From positions 186,001 to 250,000 of IMG/VR virus record IMGVR_UViG_3300048591_000147: 64,000 bases of DNA. One strand, written 5' to 3'. Positions within the stretch are counted from its first letter, which is position 1, and each line of letters begins with the position of its first letter. A model generated the notes under the pieces. It saw only the letters and a list, made by a program, of their open reading frames with translations. It made no database searches and had not been told where the DNA came from. A program made the position numbers and the translations under genes. Shown in pieces: positions 28,169 to 38,609 of the stretch.

Positions 28169-30350
28169 ATTCTACTGTTATCGTAGAAAATCCATTTTTG
28201 TATTGGATCTCCAGACGTCTTGAGAACATGGCCGAAGCTTCATCTCTGTGGGAGATTACGAACAGGGATAATTTCTGTTCCTCGGCAATATCTTTAATCA
28301 ATTTAGCCGCTAATTGAACGCCAGTATTACCAAGTCCAACGTCCAAACACTCGTCCAACATACAGAAATTGACATTACCATGTCTATATTGTAATACATC
28401 TCTGAATGCGAAACATAGCGCCAAGTTTATTCGAGCCTTCTGACCTGAAGATAATTGATTGTACTCTAGTTCCGTATCAAATTGTTTAATTTGCGCGGAC
28501 ATGTTTTCCATGAACGATACCTTATGCGGTAAACCCATCTTCTCCAAGTAAATCTTTAAACGAGTATTAAGCAATGGTAGGTTCTTTTGTAGCAGACTCT
28601 TACGAATGAATGAGTCTTTCTTGGTCAATAACTTTACAAGGAAGTCCTGATGTTCCATGAGTTTTACTAACTCATCCAATTCTTTCTCTTTAGTCTCTGG
28701 CAACTTCATGGCTTTCATCTGATTAAGTGATTCGGTGTGTGGATTAACTCTTGTTTTTTCCACTCTTAGTTGCTTATTTAAAGAATCCAACTCACTCTGT
28801 TTTTGAATCATCTGTCTTTCAGAATCGAACTTCAACTCCTGTCTATTCGAGTCTAATACAAACTGAAGAGAGGCCAATTTTACATTGTTCTGTTCTATCC
28901 CATCCGTTTCTAAAAACAATTCTTCACATGTAAATGGATTTTCAGCTTGTTTGGCTTGCTCCAATAACCTTCTATTATTGTCCAAGGTCGCCTTCATCGT
29001 ATTCAATTGATTTGATGTAAATCTACATTTCTTCTTCATTTCAATTAATTGAAATGTTTGCTCTTGGTATTTTTTCGAGATGCTTTGTTCTAAACCCTGT
29101 TGGGCATTGATTTCTTCCTTGAGAGTTTCTTGAATGGAACATATTTCAGAATGTTTCTTCTTTGCATCGGCAAAGTTCTGCTGACAGTACGGACACTCAT
29201 TGGTTGCAAGTTTTTTCAATTCATTATCGTTCTTTGAAAACAATTTACTCTTTTCATGCAATAGAATGCTAGCAGCGTCTAACTGGCGCTTCAATTCTGC
29301 GGTTTCTACATCAAGTGCATTCAGATATTCTAATTGTCTAAACTCAGCATCGAAGTCGAAGCTATCGAATTCTTGAACTTTTTTGGTCAGGTCGATAAGA
29401 TTTTTAGCATTGGTGTCCGACCAATTTTTGCTTAGTGCCATGGTTTTATTATAGTTATCAATAACTTGCGCCAATTTTATATTATCTTGTTTCGTTGATA
29501 ATATTTCATTTTCTGTCTGTTTTATTCTATCAAACAACAACTCCTGTTTTTTGAAGTCTATGGTGGATAGTAAGTTTATATTGGTCTGGATATCTTGAAC
29601 CGTTCGCTTCTGTTCAGCCACCCACTCTTTACTCCGAGCGGTAAGGCTGGTTATCTGTTGATTTATTCTATTATGTTCTGCGACTATATTATCATTGATA
29701 AGCTTCTCTTGCTCGAATAGCTTCTTGTTGTCTTTCAATAAGTCTTTCAACATATCTGCTTTTTCGGACACTTCAGTGTATCCAAACAATTCTTCTAGAA
29801 TGGCGATCTGATTAGCGTCATTTTGTGACGATGATGGTAATGATAGAAATGGCATGTGTGTAGCCGAGAACACCACAATTCTGGAAAACACTTCGAACGG
29901 CTTTCCAATCAACTTGACAATCGCTTTGTTGAAATTGCCTATACTATCTGGCGCAAACTCATTGGCCGCATCAAACTCCCACTTATCATTACCGTGTCTG
30001 AATATTTTGACACCGTCACCACCAAGCTGTTTGTTCTTTCTGAATCGCGTTATTTTATATCTAACACCATCAATTGATAAGTATAATGATACCAACATAT
30101 CCTTTTTATTGATGTTATTGATTAATTTATCTTTGGAAACGTCCGACAAAACTTTGTCGTATAGCGCAAAACAGATGGCATTCAAGATTGAACTCTTACC
30201 AGAACCATTAGAGTCTGATCCGTCAGAAGACGCTGTAAAGTTCTTACCCACTATCAAGGTGGGTGTAGGTGTTGATAAATCAACCTTAGTTAGGTTATTA
30301 CCATACGAGAGGAAGTTGCTCATCTCTAAATGTGAAAATACTATGTCCAT
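28167..30350 (-). CDS. Recombination endonuclease ATPase subunit (gp46/SbcC/Rad50)
   Basis: NFLSYG, NGSGKSS Walker A, CPYC hook, LSSGQ signature, LDE Walker B, ISH. Confidence 0.95.
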   Translation of the reverse strand: MDIVFSHLEMSNFLSYGNNLTKVDLSTPTPTLIVGKNFTASSDGSDSNGSGKSSILNAICFALYDKVLSDVSKDKLINNINKKDMLVSLYLSIDGVRYKITRFRKNKQLGGDGVKIFRHGNDKWEFDAANEFAPDSIGNFNKAIVKLIGKPFEVFSRIVVFSATHMPFLSLPSSSQNDANQIAILEELFGYTEVSEKADMLKDLLKDNKKLFEQEKLINDNIVAEHNRINQQITSLTARSKEWVAEQKRTVQDIQTNINLLSTIDFKKQELLFDRIKQTENEILSTKQDNIKLAQVIDNYNKTMALSKNWSDTNAKNLIDLTKKVQEFDSFDFDAEFRQLEYLNALDVETAELKRQLDAASILLHEKSKLFSKNDNELKKLATNECPYCQQNFADAKKKHSEICSIQETLKEEINAQQGLEQSISKKYQEQTFQLIEMKKKCRFTSNQLNTMKATLDNNRRLLEQAKQAENPFTCEELFLETDGIEQNNVKLASLQFVLDSNRQELKFDSERQMIQKQSELDSLNKQLRVEKTRVNPHTESLNQMKAMKLPETKEKELDELVKLMEHQDFLVKLLTKKDSFIRKSLLQKNLPLLNTRLKIYLEKMGLPHKVSFMENMSAQIKQFDTELEYNQLSSGQKARINLALCFAFRDVLQYRHGNVNFCMLDECLDVGLGNTGVQLAAKLIKDIAEEQKLSLFVISHRDEASAMFSRRLEIQYKNGFSTITVE

Positions 30351-31393
30351 TACTTTAATCCCTCGTATATTTTAACTAACAACTCTTTATCCATTTTCTC
30401 GGAAACGATTTGCATCAGCATTGATTTGATCAATTCGTGTGTAGACTGAGTGTCTAATTGCTCTTCATTTAGTTCTGTATTTTCTAGTACTTCCTGTTTC
30501 TCTTGCGTTTCATTAAAAAACAGTTCTCGTAGCTTATATGATTCTATAAGAATATTACGTAATTCTATGCTTTCTGAGTAACTGATCTCAACGTCAACAG
30601 TGCATCGCACTCTTGCACCAGATAATAGGATGTCACCATCCTCTAACGCATCACTGAGTTTGCATGTGATGTACTTAGGACAGTCTGGCCAATCAATGAA
30701 CTCCAGTGCATTTGTTTCAAAGTTGTATATGGCCATGCCCCTAGCGTTGTCATTAGCATCAGAAAAATCCATGGGGAATGTATTACCAATATAATGTATA
30801 TTGTCTGCTTCCTGTCTTTTATGGAAATGACCAGAGAAAACACGTTTTTGTTTTTTGAAAAATTTCTTATGGTCCAGACCGTGAGTCGAGATAGAATGCT
30901 CGCCTGTTAATATAAACCCTGCCAAATCCAAGTGCCCTAGTGCGACAGGAACTTTTTCATGTTTCAGCAACTCGGCATTTTCATTCTCATAGATGTATGG
31001 AATCAATAACACCGAATTGTGTACGTTTGTCAGTACTGTAATGTCGTTGATGACATTGAAGTTTGATAAGTGCTCAAATATTTCAGTGTTGAATACATCT
31101 CTATTGTTTCTATTATGTAGATCATGGTTGCCGACAATGAAATATATTGGAAGACCAAGACTGTTTAATTTCTTGGCGCATCTGTTTGAGTATTGTAATG
31201 TCAGCCCATTGATGGATGATCGATGCTCGTACCAATCACCCAAGAAATATATGTGATCTATTGATTTGTCTTTCTTGACCTGTTCACAGAACCAATCTAC
31301 ATAGTTCACACAGTCGGTGTTGTGCTCTTCACTGTTGTTGCGCCTCCCCAAGTGAATATCCGTAAACATCGCGGCTTTTTTAAGTTTATTCAT
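30350..31393 (-). CDS. Recombination endonuclease nuclease subunit (gp47/SbcD/Mre11)
   Basis: DIHLG, LGD, GNHD, SGHFH. Confidence 0.95.
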   Translation of the reverse strand: MNKLKKAAMFTDIHLGRRNNSEEHNTDCVNYVDWFCEQVKKDKSIDHIYFLGDWYEHRSSINGLTLQYSNRCAKKLNSLGLPIYFIVGNHDLHNRNNRDVFNTEIFEHLSNFNVINDITVLTNVHNSVLLIPYIYENENAELLKHEKVPVALGHLDLAGFILTGEHSISTHGLDHKKFFKKQKRVFSGHFHKRQEADNIHYIGNTFPMDFSDANDNARGMAIYNFETNALEFIDWPDCPKYITCKLSDALEDGDILLSGARVRCTVDVEISYSESIELRNILIESYKLRELFFNETQEKQEVLENTELNEEQLDTQSTHELIKSMLMQIVSEKMDKELLVKIYEGLK

Positions 31394-31991
31394 TTACTTC
31401 CTGTTCCTTCTCTACGTCTGGTTCAATTATATCTTCATTGACACCTTCAGGCAACACGATGAATAACTTATCATCCAATTCATCGACTGCATCAGTATTG
31501 GGATCGTTGAAAAATAATACATCAGATTCGGTGTCACTTGAATCTTCGAACCCTACAATAAAGTTATCTCTACCGACTCTTTCCATCTCTAATAATTCCA
31601 TGAATGAAGGATTCAATCCTAAATCTTTCTTCACGGCTTTCTTGGTGTCTTGTGCCTTTTTCTCTGAGTTACCATATTGGTAAAAGGCGTGTCGTAGAAT
31701 TTGCGTAAAGTACGCGAACGGATTTTTTGATTTTTCTGGGTTGAAAGACTTCCATACTTTGACGACAGTTAAAAGGCCGAATGCCTGCATGTCTTCTTCG
31801 TGTGAGAACACGTTGGAATAGTCTGGGTGTTTCGCGTATCGTTTACATAAAACCATTATCATCTTACCAAGTTCATTCGTCATTCTATTTTGCGCATGAC
31901 TCAGTTCGATCTCTTTCATCAGGTCCGCATTGTTTAAATAGTTCTTCGGTTTCTTCTTTTTCACTATCTCTGTCATATTGATTAGCTCCAT
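31386..31991 (-). CDS. Late-transcription sigma factor (gp55-like)
   Basis: NYLNN, FNPEKSKNPFAYFTQI...AF; adjacent to gp47/46 as in T4. Confidence 0.9.
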   Translation of the reverse strand: MELINMTEIVKKKKPKNYLNNADLMKEIELSHAQNRMTNELGKMIMVLCKRYAKHPDYSNVFSHEEDMQAFGLLTVVKVWKSFNPEKSKNPFAYFTQILRHAFYQYGNSEKKAQDTKKAVKKDLGLNPSFMELLEMERVGRDNFIVGFEDSSDTESDVLFFNDPNTDAVDELDDKLFIVLPEGVNEDIIEPDVEKEQEVNE

Positions 31992-32065
31992 TTGCAGTTT
32001 AGTATAACAATAAAATCTATAAAGATCAAATCATAAATATGCATAATTAATGGGATTTGTATTTA

Positions 32066-35000
32066 ATGGACTTTAACGATAAAGATATTTTGAAAAAACT
32101 AATGGAGGCAGTTACTAAGCTTGCTGGTAATAGTCAATATTCAAGACCATCGGCTAACTCAGGGTCTTCAGCAGAAGACGCTTTAGAAAAATATCAAAAG
32201 TTTCTAGTTGAAGAAACTACGCTGGCCGGAAAATATCAAAAAGCATTCTCCAATGGGTTATTTAGAACCTTGGCCGGTTTACCAAAAACATTGAACAAGG
32301 TTTATGATCAGATCGAAGCTGACTTGCGCACCAATAATGACGCCATAAACAAGATACAGAAGCAAACAATAGAAAGTGTTAAAGCTCACAAACTGAATAA
32401 TAAAGAGATAACTAAACTAGCTCTGGAGACTGGTAAGATATCTGACGATATTAGCAAACACTCTAAAGCTGTTGGTGTTAATACTGCATTACAAAAACTT
32501 TCTAATGAGAAATTGAAGAACGCTACAGAAAAGCATAATGCCGCATTATCAGAACAGGCCAGCTTGATAAAGAAGCGATCAGAAGCAACTCATAAAATGC
32601 TTAAAGAAACCCTAGCCGATGAACTTAAAAAAATCGGGAGCGTGTTAAAACAGTCTGCCGCCGATCTTAAAGAATCAAGTGATGATGACGCAGAGATAAG
32701 ACGGAAAATATCAGAAAGTGCTAATGAGCTTCGTGACTCCCTTGATTTGATATCAAATAGTAAAATATTTGATAATCTTGATAAGCATGATCAGGATGCT
32801 ATAAAAGATTTTATAAAGAGTGGTTCAGTTGAAATGACTGACGCTGTTGTATCAGCGATGAAGAAATTTGAAGAGATGTCGCCAGCTATCCAAAATACTT
32901 TGAAATCATTGGTTAATAAATCGGTAGAACATATTAGAACTGGTGTTAGTGACATATCATCAAAATTGCACCGTGCCGGCGCAATGGCAGTTGTGTCTGG
33001 CAAGGGTATTTTAGATTCATATAGAGCACAATTAAGTGCTAACTTGATTGAATCAACGCCAACTTCCATTATGGGATATGGTATGGATGCCGGTGAACAA
33101 GCAGATATAATTAAAGGGTTTGCAAGAGAAATAGCATCAATCAGTGGCACTAATAATATGTCAAAGGCATATAACGAGAGTGTTACGTTATCCGATTTAC
33201 ATGACACCGCTAAATTGTATGGGTTGACTGGTAAAGCTGCACAAGAATTAGCTTTACAAAGCGTTCGGACTGTTAATCAAATGGGTGCTGGTACGTCTGG
33301 CACAAGTACATCCACCACTGCTAAAGCACTTATGCAGCAAATGTCGTCATCTGCGGCTTATTTACAAACTGATAAAGCGGCTTTTGCTCAAGACACTATA
33401 AACGAGTTACAGAGTGGCATATATGATAGTGAGATTACTCGCCTACGCATGCAAGGAAAAACTGGTGCCGATCTTTCCAAAAACATGATACAAAACATAA
33501 CTGCACTTAAAGGGAACACGGTACAATTAGGATTTAGTAATTCGTATGCGCAACAATTATTACAAAATTCCATGAATGCCAAATTCGGTGGACTTAGTGA
33601 ACTCATTAATCGTAAAGTGGCCTCTGGGATGGGCGGCCAAATAATACCAAATATGCTTGGTGGCAACGTTGCTAAAGAAAAGATGGATGCTTTTAGAAAA
33701 TATCAAGAGGGTGGTGGGTTCTCGGCACTAAAAACTCCTGAAGAACAAACTGCATATTTACAGCTTACACAAGATTTTGCTACGGCATATAACAAGGCAT
33801 ATGAAGCCAGTAATAATGCACCCGCTAACAGCATCGAAAAACGAGAAGCTGATAGTAAATTGATGGCGCTTGGTGCACAAATAGAAATATTACGTGCAAG
33901 AAACATTGACATGGCATCTCCAGAAACAATGTCAGCAGCGCTAAGATCGGGATTTGTACAAGAATCTATAACCAATCAAACTACTAAAGATTTTAGTCCA
34001 GTGGTAAACGTAAATAAAGAATCCGTGGCTGCTGCTGGAAGTATTGAGAGTTTTAACAATACTATGGGAGTATTTGAACAGCGATTCCTTGAATTATCAG
34101 AATGGGCAAGAGGTATTGCCAACAATCCATTTGGAAATCTAGCTGGAGCGGCAATTGGTGGTATTGGTAGTATGGTCGGTAGTGCTGTTGGTACTGGACT
34201 TACAATGTGGTTAATGGGAGCCGGTGGAGTTGCAGCGACAGCAGCTATAGGCACTGTAGTTGCAGGCGCATTAACAATTACAGGAATCGTGGCAGCAGTT
34301 GGTTTAGTAGCGTATTCAGTAGATACAATATTTGATTCTTTTAAAACACTGTTGAAATGGTATGGAGAGGACAGAACAAGAGAAGAAGAAGAGAGAAAAA
34401 GAGTTGCGGCAAGATATGAAGCAAGTAAAGCTAGAGAGGCATCAGGGCAGCCAGCAGTTCTTGGAGATATGTATAGAAAAGTATTCGAAGAGGCTACCGG
34501 AAAAACGCTTACTAAAGATGATGATTTTAGTTATGATGGTAAGGGTAGAATGACATATAATGGTGAAGTTGTCAGTGATGCAGATAGAATAAAGGTAGAA
34601 AATCTTGCGTATTCCAAACAAATTGCAAAAACTGGTAATAGCGACAGATTAACAGGTGCTCCATTAGAACAGCGTTCCAGAATATTAAGAGAAGAAGAGG
34701 CAGCATACCGTAATTGGAGAACTAAAGAAGTAACTCCTGTTATGCCATCTGGCGCACAGCGAACTGGCGGTAGAGGAAAAGCATTAACACCTGTAGCGCC
34801 CATGGTTAACCCAACACCTACCGCCGTTCCATCACCTATATCTAGTTCCGCACCATCAACACCAACTATTGCGCCGCAAACCTCTGCCATCGCAAACACA
34901 TCAGGCTTGACAGATGTACAAGCTAGCTTAGTAAACTCGTTGGCATCACAAGGCATAACAGACCCAAATAAAGTTTCTAATATATTGGCACAGGTAGAAG

Positions 35001-35737
35001 GTGAATCAAAATTTGTGCCGAAGAGTGAGAATATGAATTATTCCGCACAGCGACTAATGGAAGTGTTTCCATCACACTTCTCATCACTTGCGGATGCACA
35101 ATCAGTAGTAGATCAGGGTCAGGAAGCAATAGGTAATAGAGTTTATGGTGGTAGAAACGGTAACGCTCAGAATGAAGGATATAAGTATAGAGGAAGAGGA
35201 TTTATACAATTATCAAACAAAGATAATTATGAGATGTTCGGAAAAATAATAGGCGAAGATTTAGTAAATAATCCAGATCTAGCGAACGATCCTGTTATCG
35301 CGTCAAAGATAATGGCAGCCTATTTCAAACAACGGGAAAACACTGGTAAATATGATTTAACAGATATCAATTCCACAGGAAAGGCAGTTGGTTATGCAAC
35401 TGGTCCGAAAGAGACTGCCCATCGTGCCTCAATCGCAGAACAATTTAAGAGTAAACTAAGTCTTCAGTCAAATGTGACAGGATCTATCAATAGCAATCTT
35501 GCAAATCCCGCTAATAATCCAGTCACCATGTGGAGCATGATCGCTAATACATTGTCAACTGGTAATTCTGCATTGGTAAGCGGTATAGATAAGCTTAACG
35601 ATGGCATACAAACTAATAATAAATTAACTGGCATAACTGCTGCAAACACAAATCCAGAATTGAATCGCAAACCAGCTACGGAAAACGAGCAAAAGCCTTC
35701 TTACCGAGCGGGTAATAGACAAGTAGCCGCGACATAA
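32066..35737 (+). CDS. Tape-measure-like protein with C-terminal GH19 lysozyme/chitinase domain
   Basis: Long helical Ala-rich body, hydrophobic Gly/Ala segment, Pro/Thr linker, then ILAQ..GES, ENMNYSA.RL, VYGGRNGN, YRGRGFIQLS.KDNY; start 32057 (TTG) or 32066 (ATG). Confidence 0.8.
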   Translation: MDFNDKDILKKLMEAVTKLAGNSQYSRPSANSGSSAEDALEKYQKFLVEETTLAGKYQKAFSNGLFRTLAGLPKTLNKVYDQIEADLRTNNDAINKIQKQTIESVKAHKLNNKEITKLALETGKISDDISKHSKAVGVNTALQKLSNEKLKNATEKHNAALSEQASLIKKRSEATHKMLKETLADELKKIGSVLKQSAADLKESSDDDAEIRRKISESANELRDSLDLISNSKIFDNLDKHDQDAIKDFIKSGSVEMTDAVVSAMKKFEEMSPAIQNTLKSLVNKSVEHIRTGVSDISSKLHRAGAMAVVSGKGILDSYRAQLSANLIESTPTSIMGYGMDAGEQADIIKGFAREIASISGTNNMSKAYNESVTLSDLHDTAKLYGLTGKAAQELALQSVRTVNQMGAGTSGTSTSTTAKALMQQMSSSAAYLQTDKAAFAQDTINELQSGIYDSEITRLRMQGKTGADLSKNMIQNITALKGNTVQLGFSNSYAQQLLQNSMNAKFGGLSELINRKVASGMGGQIIPNMLGGNVAKEKMDAFRKYQEGGGFSALKTPEEQTAYLQLTQDFATAYNKAYEASNNAPANSIEKREADSKLMALGAQIEILRARNIDMASPETMSAALRSGFVQESITNQTTKDFSPVVNVNKESVAAAGSIESFNNTMGVFEQRFLELSEWARGIANNPFGNLAGAAIGGIGSMVGSAVGTGLTMWLMGAGGVAATAAIGTVVAGALTITGIVAAVGLVAYSVDTIFDSFKTLLKWYGEDRTREEEERKRVAARYEASKAREASGQPAVLGDMYRKVFEEATGKTLTKDDDFSYDGKGRMTYNGEVVSDADRIKVENLAYSKQIAKTGNSDRLTGAPLEQRSRILREEEAAYRNWRTKEVTPVMPSGAQRTGGRGKALTPVAPMVNPTPTAVPSPISSSAPSTPTIAPQTSAIANTSGLTDVQASLVNSLASQGITDPNKVSNILAQVEGESKFVPKSENMNYSAQRLMEVFPSHFSSLADAQSVVDQGQEAIGNRVYGGRNGNAQNEGYKYRGRGFIQLSNKDNYEMFGKIIGEDLVNNPDLANDPVIASKIMAAYFKQRENTGKYDLTDINSTGKAVGYATGPKETAHRASIAEQFKSKLSLQSNVTGSINSNLANPANNPVTMWSMIANTLSTGNSALVSGIDKLNDGIQTNNKLTGITAANTNPELNRKPATENEQKPSYRAGNRQVAAT

Positions 35738-35799
35738 CAAAAAAGACGCTAATAAAAAGAAGCAATAAATAACAACAATAAGAGTATTGAGAAATATAA

Positions 35800-37542
35800 A
35801 TGGCATTAAGTAAATTCTATAAAATGATAACCCCTGCTTCGCCAACTACTCCAGTTGGTGACAATCAGGATCTAAGCGGAGTTGGAGGGTTATATGGAAA
35901 TTATGCGTGGTATCATAGAATCATAGCCGGTTCTTCCAGCAGAATCACAAGATATCGTGAATATGATCTAATGGATAATGATATTGACGTTAACGTTTGT
36001 CTGGATTTAATGGCTGAAGAAATCACGGGCAACAATATCAAAGGTGAGCTACCGCTTAAATTAGAGATTGTTACAGGGCAAGAGCAATATGTAGCACCAC
36101 GAGTAGTAGTGACGCTAAACGCCGCATTAAGAACTTGGTGTACGATCCATGACTGGCATTCTAAATTATTTTCTATTGCTAGAAATACTATAAAATATGG
36201 TGACACGTTCTTTCTAAAACCAAAACATAAACAGAAATCTTTCATTTATGTTAACACTAAGAATGTGTTGGGCGCTATTGTAAGAGAGGATGATATAACT
36301 GATGTGCGTGGTTGGCAGATCAGAATGGACTCTAATGCTGTTAATGGCCCTGCTGGATCATATGGCACGGGTGGTGATAGTACTATTGGAGATGGTATTG
36401 TAGAATATGACATCAAAGATATCATAAGATTCTCTTTGTATCAGGAAACAGACGAAGAGGCACCGTTTGGTAAGTCTGTATTACATCCAATCTATAAGAC
36501 TTTCAAACAGAAAGAGTTGTTAGAAGATGCCATTCTAATCTATAGAATACAAAGAGCACCAGAAAAAAGAGCGTTTTATATTGACGTTGGTAATATGCAT
36601 CCCGGTCAACGTGCGAAGCATATGGAATCCATCAAAGCTGAAATCAAACAAAAGAAGATTCCTAGTTATGGCGGCGGTGCGTCACAGATAGAAAGTGTTT
36701 ATAACCCAATGTCACAGCAAGAGGACTTTTGGTTCCCTATGCGTGCAGACGGTAGTGGATCAAGAGTAGAAGTATTACCTGCTGGTCAGAATCTAGGGTC
36801 TTTAGAAGATTTAATGTACTTCTACAATAAAATCTTCAGAGGTCTAAGAATTCCAAGATCGTTTGTCGATCCAACGTCAGAGGGTGGTGGCGTAGCTAAT
36901 GATGGTAAGGTTGGTATAGCGTATATACAAGAAGTCAAATTTTCGTTGTATATGGAACGATTACAGCGTTGTTTAGAAAAGACATTTGATAAAGAGTTCA
37001 AAGATTTTATTAAATTAAACGGCATCAACGTTGACACAACAATTTTCAAAATTACATTACCACCACCATCAAATTATGAAGCATCGCGTAAGCAGATGAT
37101 GGATGCAGACCTATTGGCCAATTACAGTACTGTTTCTGGAATACAAGAAATTTCTAAACGATTCGGATTGGTTAAGTATGGACAATGGACAGAAGCGGAT
37201 TTGAAGATGAATGAAAGACTATTACGCCAAGAAAAGGGTTTAAATCCTGATGGCGATGATCGTGACCTACCTAAACTTTATAATCCAGAACAAGCTGAGT
37301 TAGGCGGATTTGAAGGTGGATTTGGTGGGGGCGGCGGTAGCTTTGCTGGAGGCGGCGGTGATATTCCAGATTTAGACGGTGGTGATGATGGAACTGGCGA
37401 AGGTGGTGAAACCGGGGTAACTGGTGAAGGTGGTTTACCAGAATTAGGTGGTAATGTTGGTGGAAAACCTAATGCACCAGCTAATGCTAATCAGAAAGGC
37501 GCTCCACAAAACAGTAAGCCAGCAGCAGGCAAAACCAAATAA
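35800..37542 (+). CDS. Portal protein (gp20-like)
   Basis: LLEDAILIYRIQRAPEKRAFYIDVGNM, EDFWFP, LPAGQNLG, L.IP. Confidence 0.95.
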   Translation: MALSKFYKMITPASPTTPVGDNQDLSGVGGLYGNYAWYHRIIAGSSSRITRYREYDLMDNDIDVNVCLDLMAEEITGNNIKGELPLKLEIVTGQEQYVAPRVVVTLNAALRTWCTIHDWHSKLFSIARNTIKYGDTFFLKPKHKQKSFIYVNTKNVLGAIVREDDITDVRGWQIRMDSNAVNGPAGSYGTGGDSTIGDGIVEYDIKDIIRFSLYQETDEEAPFGKSVLHPIYKTFKQKELLEDAILIYRIQRAPEKRAFYIDVGNMHPGQRAKHMESIKAEIKQKKIPSYGGGASQIESVYNPMSQQEDFWFPMRADGSGSRVEVLPAGQNLGSLEDLMYFYNKIFRGLRIPRSFVDPTSEGGGVANDGKVGIAYIQEVKFSLYMERLQRCLEKTFDKEFKDFIKLNGINVDTTIFKITLPPPSNYEASRKQMMDADLLANYSTVSGIQEISKRFGLVKYGQWTEADLKMNERLLRQEKGLNPDGDDRDLPKLYNPEQAELGGFEGGFGGGGGSFAGGGGDIPDLDGGDDGTGEGGETGVTGEGGLPELGGNVGGKPNAPANANQKGAPQNSKPAAGKTK

Positions 37543-37600
37543 TATTTCAAAAAAATATGATATGCATAAATATTAATAATATTTCTTAGTGAGGATAAAC

Positions 37601-38032
37601 ATGAGATACTTAAAATTATTTTTAGAACATTTTCTAGAAGGCGATGAAAAGGGTGCAAAGAAAGCGCTTCGAAATGCTTTATTTGAAAAGCAGTCAAAAC
37701 TAATCAATGAAACTGATGAAGAAGATGACGATAAATCCGAAAAGGAAGAATCCGATTCAAAGGATGATAAGCCATCTAAGGGTGATAAGAAAGATGACGA
37801 TAAATCCGATAAGAAAGACAAGAAGTCGGATAAGAAAGATGACGATAAAGACGATGATAAAGACGATGACAAAGATGACGACAAGTCTGACAAGAAAGAT
37901 AAGAAATCTGACGATAAAGACGATGACGACAAAAAGTCTGACGATAAGAAAGAAGATGACGACGATGATGATAAGTCAGACGACGACAAACCTTCCAAAT
38001 TCGAATTCTTCAAAAAGAAGAAAAAGAAATAA
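37601..38032 (+). CDS. Lys/Asp low-complexity protein (prohead core gp67-like position)
   Basis: GAGG SD before ATG 37601; ~95 residues of K/D/S repeats; directly after the portal. Confidence 0.7.
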   Translation: MRYLKLFLEHFLEGDEKGAKKALRNALFEKQSKLINETDEEDDDKSEKEESDSKDDKPSKGDKKDDDKSDKKDKKSDKKDDDKDDDKDDDKDDDKSDKKDKKSDDKDDDDKKSDDKKEDDDDDDKSDDDKPSKFEFFKKKKKK

Positions 38033-38211
38033 TGAAACACTCTTTTATACAGTATATCAATGAGCAGTTCGTCACCATGGCCGATGTAGTCGATAAGGAC
38101 TGTGACGGCTGTTCAGAGAAAGATAGTGCAAAAAAGAGAAAGAAATTTAAGAAGCAATTCCATAATGCGAATCTACTTAAATATATACAACAACATAACG
38201 TAGCACAATAA
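38032..38211 (+). CDS. 59-aa late protein (not in ORF track)
   Basis: ATG overlaps upstream TAA; MKHSFIQYINEQ...CDGC...HNVAQ*. Confidence 0.65.
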   Translation: MKHSFIQYINEQFVTMADVVDKDCDGCSEKDSAKKRKKFKKQFHNANLLKYIQQHNVAQ

Positions 38212-38222
38212 CGGAGATCGTC

Positions 38223-38609
38223 ATGAACAACGAACATTTAAACAAATTTATAGATGGTGTAATTAATAGTAACGATGACGATGTATCCGCATCAGCACAT
38301 CAATTCGCCTTAGAAAAAGTTAAGTCCATTGTAGCAGAGTTTAAAAGCGCTAAATTAAACAAATTACATGAATCGCTACAGGCAGTATTACTAGAATATA
38401 ATGAGAAGACTGGTTATAACATAGAAATTAGCCATTCTGGTGAGGTTATTATAAATGGTACGGTAGTTGGTAAAGTCCAATACGATATGAACGATTTTGA
38501 CTCTGGTGTTAGCTTCGTAGCCGCTGACGGTCGTTTTTCAAGAGAATTTACGACAGTGGAAGAACTAACAGCTTGGCTTGGACGTTCATATGGGGGTAAA
38601 GGTAAATGA
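38223..38609 (+). CDS. Hypothetical prohead-associated protein
   Basis: GGAG SD; overlaps the gp21 start. Confidence 0.7.
   Translation: MNNEHLNKFIDGVINSNDDDVSASAHQFALEKVKSIVAEFKSAKLNKLHESLQAVLLEYNEKTGYNIEISHSGEVIINGTVVGKVQYDMNDFDSGVSFVAADGRFSREFTTVEELTAWLGRSYGGKGK

Noticed and set aside
37720-37990. Repeat tract as a CRISPR array or satellite
   Set aside because: Repeats are codon-phased and degenerate, with no constant repeat/unique spacer structure
37573-38063. Ser/Leu-rich minus ORF (37573-38040) and Met/Thr/Ile-rich shifted ORF (37707-38063)
   Set aside because: Shadow frames of the K/D repeat gene, which has the SD and late promoter
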